DNA of 64,000 nucleotides, taken from IMG/VR virus record IMGVR_UViG_3300010356_001334; one strand, given 5' to 3'. Of this stretch, positions 59,423 to 64,000 are shown in pieces (position 1 is the first letter of the stretch; every line of letters starts with the position of its first letter). A program made the translations under genes and the position numbers. Origin of the DNA: an uncultured virus (IMG/VR IMGVR_UViG_3300010356_001334) (lineage: Duplodnaviria; Heunggongvirae; Uroviricota; Caudoviricetes). Below the pieces are notes generated by a model. The model saw nothing but the letters and a program-made list of their open reading frames with translations, had not been told where the DNA came from and did no database searches.

Positions 59423-59456
59423 ATAGAGGGAGAGGGCCTAGGCCCTCTCCCTCTGT
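59423..59456. terminator. Bidirectional terminator
   Basis: AGAGGGAGAGGGC/GCCCTCTCCCTCT followed by a T-run. Confidence 0.8.
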
Positions 59457-59471
59457 ATCAGTATTTTTTTT

Positions 59472-60194
59472 TTACCATCGAGCATAAATAGATTTATTTT
59501 CAACTGAAAGGTTTGCAGTTACCAATAGTTTTTCTTTTAAGAAATCTGACTTTGAAATCTCTTTAATTGTAGTTGTTTTATATGTATTCCATGTTGAGTT
59601 ACGATTATAATCAAACGTAATCTCATAATAGCCTGGATTTAAAACATTAACAGAATCAAAGTGAAATCTTTTCTTAATTTCAACTTTGATTGTTATAACG
59701 TATTTTGGTTCTTGATTAATTTGAGGTAATGCTTTTAACTCAGATACATAGAGCTTACCAATTTGCTCTGGGATATATGTTCTGGTGTTTTCATTGTATG
59801 TAACTAGCCAGTGTTCATTACTAGCACGCACATCATAGACTAATCGAGCATTTGGTTTTAATGCATATTCAAAAGAAATTGCATTAATATAAAGTCCACC
59901 TTTCCATCCTTCATTCTTTCCTTGATATCCAGCATCTAAGACATCATAAGGAAGAACAGCATAACCAATGATTGCTCCATATAGGCATGTTGAAGCTGTA
60001 ATCCGTGGTGTTGTTCGGTCTTCCATATTTGCTTGCCTAAATCCAATACGCGGAATATAGACATTAGGACGATCTTTCGTAATATGGATAAGGAAGGGAT
60101 CGGGAAGCTGGTTGGCTGTTACGATGGTGATATTTTTCTGAACTTTATCAGGAAGGCGTTTGATAAAAAATTCAAGTTCTTGAAGAGAAGACAT
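59472..60194 (-). CDS. Putative internal head protein (AT-rich)
   Basis: EDRTTPRI and EHWLV motifs; C-terminal SVE...IYARW tail. Confidence 0.55.
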   Translation of the reverse strand: MSSLQELEFFIKRLPDKVQKNITIVTANQLPDPFLIHITKDRPNVYIPRIGFRQANMEDRTTPRITASTCLYGAIIGYAVLPYDVLDAGYQGKNEGWKGGLYINAISFEYALKPNARLVYDVRASNEHWLVTYNENTRTYIPEQIGKLYVSELKALPQINQEPKYVITIKVEIKKRFHFDSVNVLNPGYYEITFDYNRNSTWNTYKTTTIKEISKSDFLKEKLLVTANLSVENKSIYARW

Positions 60195-60248
60195 TGTTCT
60201 TTAGTCCTAGTGTGCGTTACCACTGGATCTTTCAAATGAACAGTGGGA

Positions 60249-60284
60249 GACACAGGGAGAAGGCGAAAGCCTTCTCCCTGTGTC
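60249..60284. terminator. Terminator after the tail tube gene
   Basis: GACACAGGGAGAAGGC-GAAA-GCCTTCTCCCTGTGTC. Confidence 0.85.
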
Positions 60285-60323
60285 AGCACTAGCTTTCTTT
60301 TTTGGCTTTTAGACCATTAAAGA

Positions 60324-61193
60324 TTAGATCACATTACCTACGCGAGCCTGGGCAATATTCTCAGTCGACTCTTTATACCCTTTTTCAATCGAAGCTACAT
60401 CAGCAGAGATTGACTTAATAAAGGATTCGCGTACCTGTGGTGAACTCCATACTTTATTGATCCCATCGAGCAACTCTTGACCAAACACACGTGTACCTTC
60501 ATTGATAAAGGTCAGCGAGGTCATTTCAACCGAGAGTTCCTTAATCGAAAGCGCAGACGTTTTATCCATCTTGCCTTCAATCGGACCTGTGCCTTGCGGC
60601 CAGACGTTCGTCGAGATCCAGGTGCGGACAACGCGCTTACCCGTCGGATCCGGTTCAATGAAGGCAATTGTGCCACCATACCAGTCGGCCAGGTTATCAG
60701 TCGGACCACCACCTTCGAGCGTCGCTGTCAGCGGGGTCTTGGTCTCAGGATGCATCAGACCATACATAATCCAACGTTCCAGGAAGTTCTGGAAGACGTT
60801 GCCATATTTCTCAACCATATTGATGGTCAGAGTGGAGCGCTCACGCTTGACATCCGTGAACTCCTGGAAGAATTCACCACCACCACCAAACGCGTGTTCC
60901 GCCACTTCAACCGTCAGGCCAGCCTTCAACCCTTCAATGGTACGAGCGTGTTTTTCAATCATCACCTTCCACGCCGTCACCCACTTATCCGGATCAGGCA
61001 TGAATTGGAAGAATTCAGGCGACTCCAGAACGATCGGGATCAGGTTACGCGGAACATAAGCTTGAGCCGAGACCCATTCAGCCGGGTTCGTGGCCCAGCC
61101 AAATTGACCACCCAGCATTGGGTCAAGCTGAGGCATTTCATTGCCAGAAGACCAAGCCTTAGCGCCAAGCAGCGCATCGGTAAGACGTGCCAT
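60324..61193 (-). CDS. Tail tube protein (phiKZ gp30-like)
   Basis: Directly downstream of the sheath; GGQFG...YVPRNLI and FIEPDPT motifs. Confidence 0.8.
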   Translation of the reverse strand: MARLTDALLGAKAWSSGNEMPQLDPMLGGQFGWATNPAEWVSAQAYVPRNLIPIVLESPEFFQFMPDPDKWVTAWKVMIEKHARTIEGLKAGLTVEVAEHAFGGGGEFFQEFTDVKRERSTLTINMVEKYGNVFQNFLERWIMYGLMHPETKTPLTATLEGGGPTDNLADWYGGTIAFIEPDPTGKRVVRTWISTNVWPQGTGPIEGKMDKTSALSIKELSVEMTSLTFINEGTRVFGQELLDGINKVWSSPQVRESFIKSISADVASIEKGYKESTENIAQARVGNVI

Positions 61194-61224
61194 GTTTATT
61201 TACTCCTTAAATGTAGAAGAGGGA

Positions 61225-63303
61225 TTACTCGCCCGCGTAGTCTTCGATACGACGAGCGACCACGTAAGTCGTCATCACCGTCTTCATACCCGCAGCCCAG
61301 ATATCGATCGGCAGCGTCCAGGAGTAGTTACGCACTTCATCCAGACTGGTGAAATAAGCGCGCGGACGAATCACAAAGCGATCGTCAAACTTACCACGGA
61401 CTTGCTCACTCACGAAGTCATTCACACGCTTAGTGAACTGAGCAGGCGTCAGACCCGAGATACCAGAGAAGGTACGATGCGCCTTGTGAGCAATCTTGTT
61501 CAGCTGAATGATAGCGCAAGCTGTCAGATAGCTCGTCAGGACCGAGGTATCGTCGCCATAGACCGTCTTGATTGCCGGGAAGACATAGCTGGTGCGATCA
61601 TAGCGGGTAACCCAGTTCAGACCCACATCCCAGTTACGGTTACGCACGTTATCAGGCGTCCAACGGATCGACAGGTCATACTGTTCTTCAACCAGCGAAC
61701 CAGGGAAGCCATCGAAGTTACGACCATTCTTCCAGATGCCGTTCCCAGCACCCATATAACGCGCCGACTTCACACCCAGTTCATAGGTCAGCGGGACCGG
61801 ATTGACGATCTGACTGGCACGAATACGACCCACGCAACCTTGGATCAGGGCACGGAAGACCGGTGTACCAAAATAGGTCGATTCAGGATGCAGTGACAGA
61901 CGCGATTGCAGCGCAGCAGCAACCGAATACTCTTCAGCAGCCGTCAGAACGCGCTCACCATACTCCGAAGGCGACAGGACCACGAAGGTGTCCTTACGGT
62001 TCGAGATAAACGAGATCAGGTCATATTTGGTCTCGAGCGGGAAACCCGTGTCGTAGATATGACTTTCAACGTGATAAGCGATGTCGTTCAGTTCATCATT
62101 CTCGTTGGCGTAGCGCTTCATGTACTCCGAGACGAGTTGAGCGTGCAGTTCATGCGACATCGTACCGTCACTACCGCCACCGGCATAGACGTTGGTCGAT
62201 TGCGAGAACCGAACTGCGTCATCCGAATCTGTAAAGATGTAGCTGTGGTAAGGAACGTTTTGCGAAGTCGTACCGGTCACAAAGTTAAAGAGGTGCTTAT
62301 CTTCAACATCAGCCGTAAAGTCCGAATCATCATTCAAGAACGGCACTTCGGCTGCTTGGAACTGAGCCAGCAGCAGATCAATGTTCTCTTGATAAACCTT
62401 CACACGACCAAATTCACCATACTGCTTCGCGTAGCGCGGATCCTTCAGACTCTGGTAGTCTTCAATCGCACGTTCACCAAAATACAGGCGAGAAGTCGTC
62501 AGCGGATCAACCACTTCCGGCTTGAAGCTCACCATGATCTGCTGTTCGCCAAAGGTGGATTCCACCATCTTCGCCGAACCCGTTGCTGCGTTCTTACGAA
62601 TCACAGCCATCATGTACGGATAAACCTTCTCACGCGCCATCAGTTTGGTAGGCAGTGCTGATTGGTTATCTGCATTGATCGACCACAGACGGATACCGGC
62701 CAGGTTACCGTCCTTACCAATGAACGAATGCTCCAGTTCAAAGATCGGATAACGCTGCGACTGAACGCTCGTTGCCGGATCAACTTGGTCACCAACAACA
62801 ATACCAGCCGCACCAAAGGTTTCAGCCAGCGCATGGGTATCCAGATGCTGAACCACAAACTTGACACGGTGACCCGCGGCCTGACCCGTGATGATTGGAT
62901 CACCTGCTACGTCAGTCTTAATCGAACCGTCGCTATTGCGCTGATAGATATCAACTTGAGTCGGGAGCACATCCAGATAGACACGCAGCGTGGGCTTCGG
63001 ACCTGCATCCACCGGGATCATACGGACATACATTGCCGCATTGCCTTCCGCATTCACGCCATTGGAATGAAGAGTCTGGTGGTTGAAATACTCACTACGC
63101 TCAGTGAACGTTTCTTCACCATACATCTGAAGACGTTCATTGCCCACCAGGAGTTCTTCCGTGGTCGGACCCTTCTGGGCATAGATAAAGTACTTCGGCA
63201 GATGCTGTGGAAGCTCCTCGGGAGCGCGGCCATAGGGCCGGGTGCTCAGATCCTGGACGCCATAGTCAACAACTCCCGGCGCGCCATTAATGATGGTTTT
63301 CAT
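61225..63303 (-). CDS. Contractile tail sheath protein (phiKZ gp29-like)
   Basis: NGAPG...PQHLP, GGSDG, YDTGFPLETK and PESTYFGTP motifs; 692 aa. Confidence 0.88.
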   Translation of the reverse strand: MKTIINGAPGVVDYGVQDLSTRPYGRAPEELPQHLPKYFIYAQKGPTTEELLVGNERLQMYGEETFTERSEYFNHQTLHSNGVNAEGNAAMYVRMIPVDAGPKPTLRVYLDVLPTQVDIYQRNSDGSIKTDVAGDPIITGQAAGHRVKFVVQHLDTHALAETFGAAGIVVGDQVDPATSVQSQRYPIFELEHSFIGKDGNLAGIRLWSINADNQSALPTKLMAREKVYPYMMAVIRKNAATGSAKMVESTFGEQQIMVSFKPEVVDPLTTSRLYFGERAIEDYQSLKDPRYAKQYGEFGRVKVYQENIDLLLAQFQAAEVPFLNDDSDFTADVEDKHLFNFVTGTTSQNVPYHSYIFTDSDDAVRFSQSTNVYAGGGSDGTMSHELHAQLVSEYMKRYANENDELNDIAYHVESHIYDTGFPLETKYDLISFISNRKDTFVVLSPSEYGERVLTAAEEYSVAAALQSRLSLHPESTYFGTPVFRALIQGCVGRIRASQIVNPVPLTYELGVKSARYMGAGNGIWKNGRNFDGFPGSLVEEQYDLSIRWTPDNVRNRNWDVGLNWVTRYDRTSYVFPAIKTVYGDDTSVLTSYLTACAIIQLNKIAHKAHRTFSGISGLTPAQFTKRVNDFVSEQVRGKFDDRFVIRPRAYFTSLDEVRNYSWTLPIDIWAAGMKTVMTTYVVARRIEDYAGE

Positions 63304-63341
63304 GTGTCAAATCCTCTCTTTAGAAGAAGTGGAGAAAAAGA

Positions 63342-64000
63342 ATGCCTCTGTTCAAAACGAGTTACGATACAACGGTGGGTAAGATCTTCGATATGAAGAA
63401 ACTAGATCTTTCCCTGAAAGAAGCTTTGATCACCGGGAGTCTCGGTTATCGGCGGCTTGGGGTAGAAAAGATCGATCAATGCGCTGCTGTCTTTGTGATT
63501 GGAGGGCCTGATGAAAACAACATTCCTCCTTTTATCCACCCCTACCTTATTCAGAACTATAAAGGTCAGAATTATTTAATTTCTGATCTTCGTTTATTCC
63601 GTCCAAATTCACGAGAGTTTTTGACCGAGCGTGAGTTTGAACTGAATGTTCGGAATAAGACAGAATATGGACTTTCTAAGAGTCGTGCTGTCCTGAATCT
63701 GCTTTGGCTCTCGGACTCAGTTTCAAGTCTTCGTACTCGCTTCTCCTTTGCAGGTTCAGTGTTTGCCACTTGGTTAAGTCAAGCTATTGCCAGAGCATAC
63801 GCTTTAGATTTCCAAGAACAAATGAAAGTAACAGCTGTAGGAATGTACTATTACTACAGCCTTTTCACCACAGAGACTCGCCTCACCGATAGTGCGCTTG
63901 AAACAGCAGTCATCCATACCATTAAGACGACAAAAATCCCTGCATCTGAAGTCTATTCTTTATTTGAAGGCTTAGGTGAGATTAAGGGGATTGAAGACTA
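63342..64000 (+). CDS. Virion structural protein (phiKZ gp28-like by synteny), 3'-truncated by the window edge
   Basis: GGAG RBS; MPLFKTSYDTT...IPPFIHP; frame open to the end of the window. Confidence 0.7.
   Translation, partial: MPLFKTSYDTTVGKIFDMKKLDLSLKEALITGSLGYRRLGVEKIDQCAAVFVIGGPDENNIPPFIHPYLIQNYKGQNYLISDLRLFRPNSREFLTEREFELNVRNKTEYGLSKSRAVLNLLWLSDSVSSLRTRFSFAGSVFATWLSQAIARAYALDFQEQMKVTAVGMYYYYSLFTTETRLTDSALETAVIHTIKTTKIPASEVYSLFEGLGEIKGIED

Noticed and set aside
60477..63396. Long plus-strand ORFs opposite the sheath and tube genes
   Set aside because: Antisense shadows of strongly biased codon use; no RBS or recognisable motifs.

Overview
This window is part of a phiKZ-like jumbo phage genome (Chimalliviridae-type gene content and order, recognised from motifs and synteny, not from a database search). 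It carries virion and tail genes, a baseplate spike, SbcC, RNase H, UvsX, a DarG-like macrodomain, split virion RNA polymerase subunits, a giant gp181-like tail protein with two peptidoglycan hydrolase domains, the prohead protease, tail tube and tail sheath. Main observations: (1) A catalytically intact TnpB (56258-57460) lacks a recognisable IS left end. It is followed by an omegaRNA-like scaffold, and a second, stand-alone, 95%-identical scaffold copy lies about 1.2 kb downstream. The two predicted guides differ, but both match the downstream half of the phage's own recurrent promoter-like motif (ATCT-N4-TGA). This suggests a domesticated multi-guide, promoter-targeting TnpB system. (2) A second, conventional IS605-type tnpB element interrupts a transglycosylase gene. 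(3) Three group I introns interrupt the virion RNAP genes, one within the catalytic DFDGD motif. (4) A native tail gene has been fused in frame to about 2.5 kb of captured high-GC DNA encoding a tailspike or depolymerase-like module. (5) Two genes carry single in-frame TGA codons. A 747-nt N gap (44945-45691) hides part of the RNAP locus.
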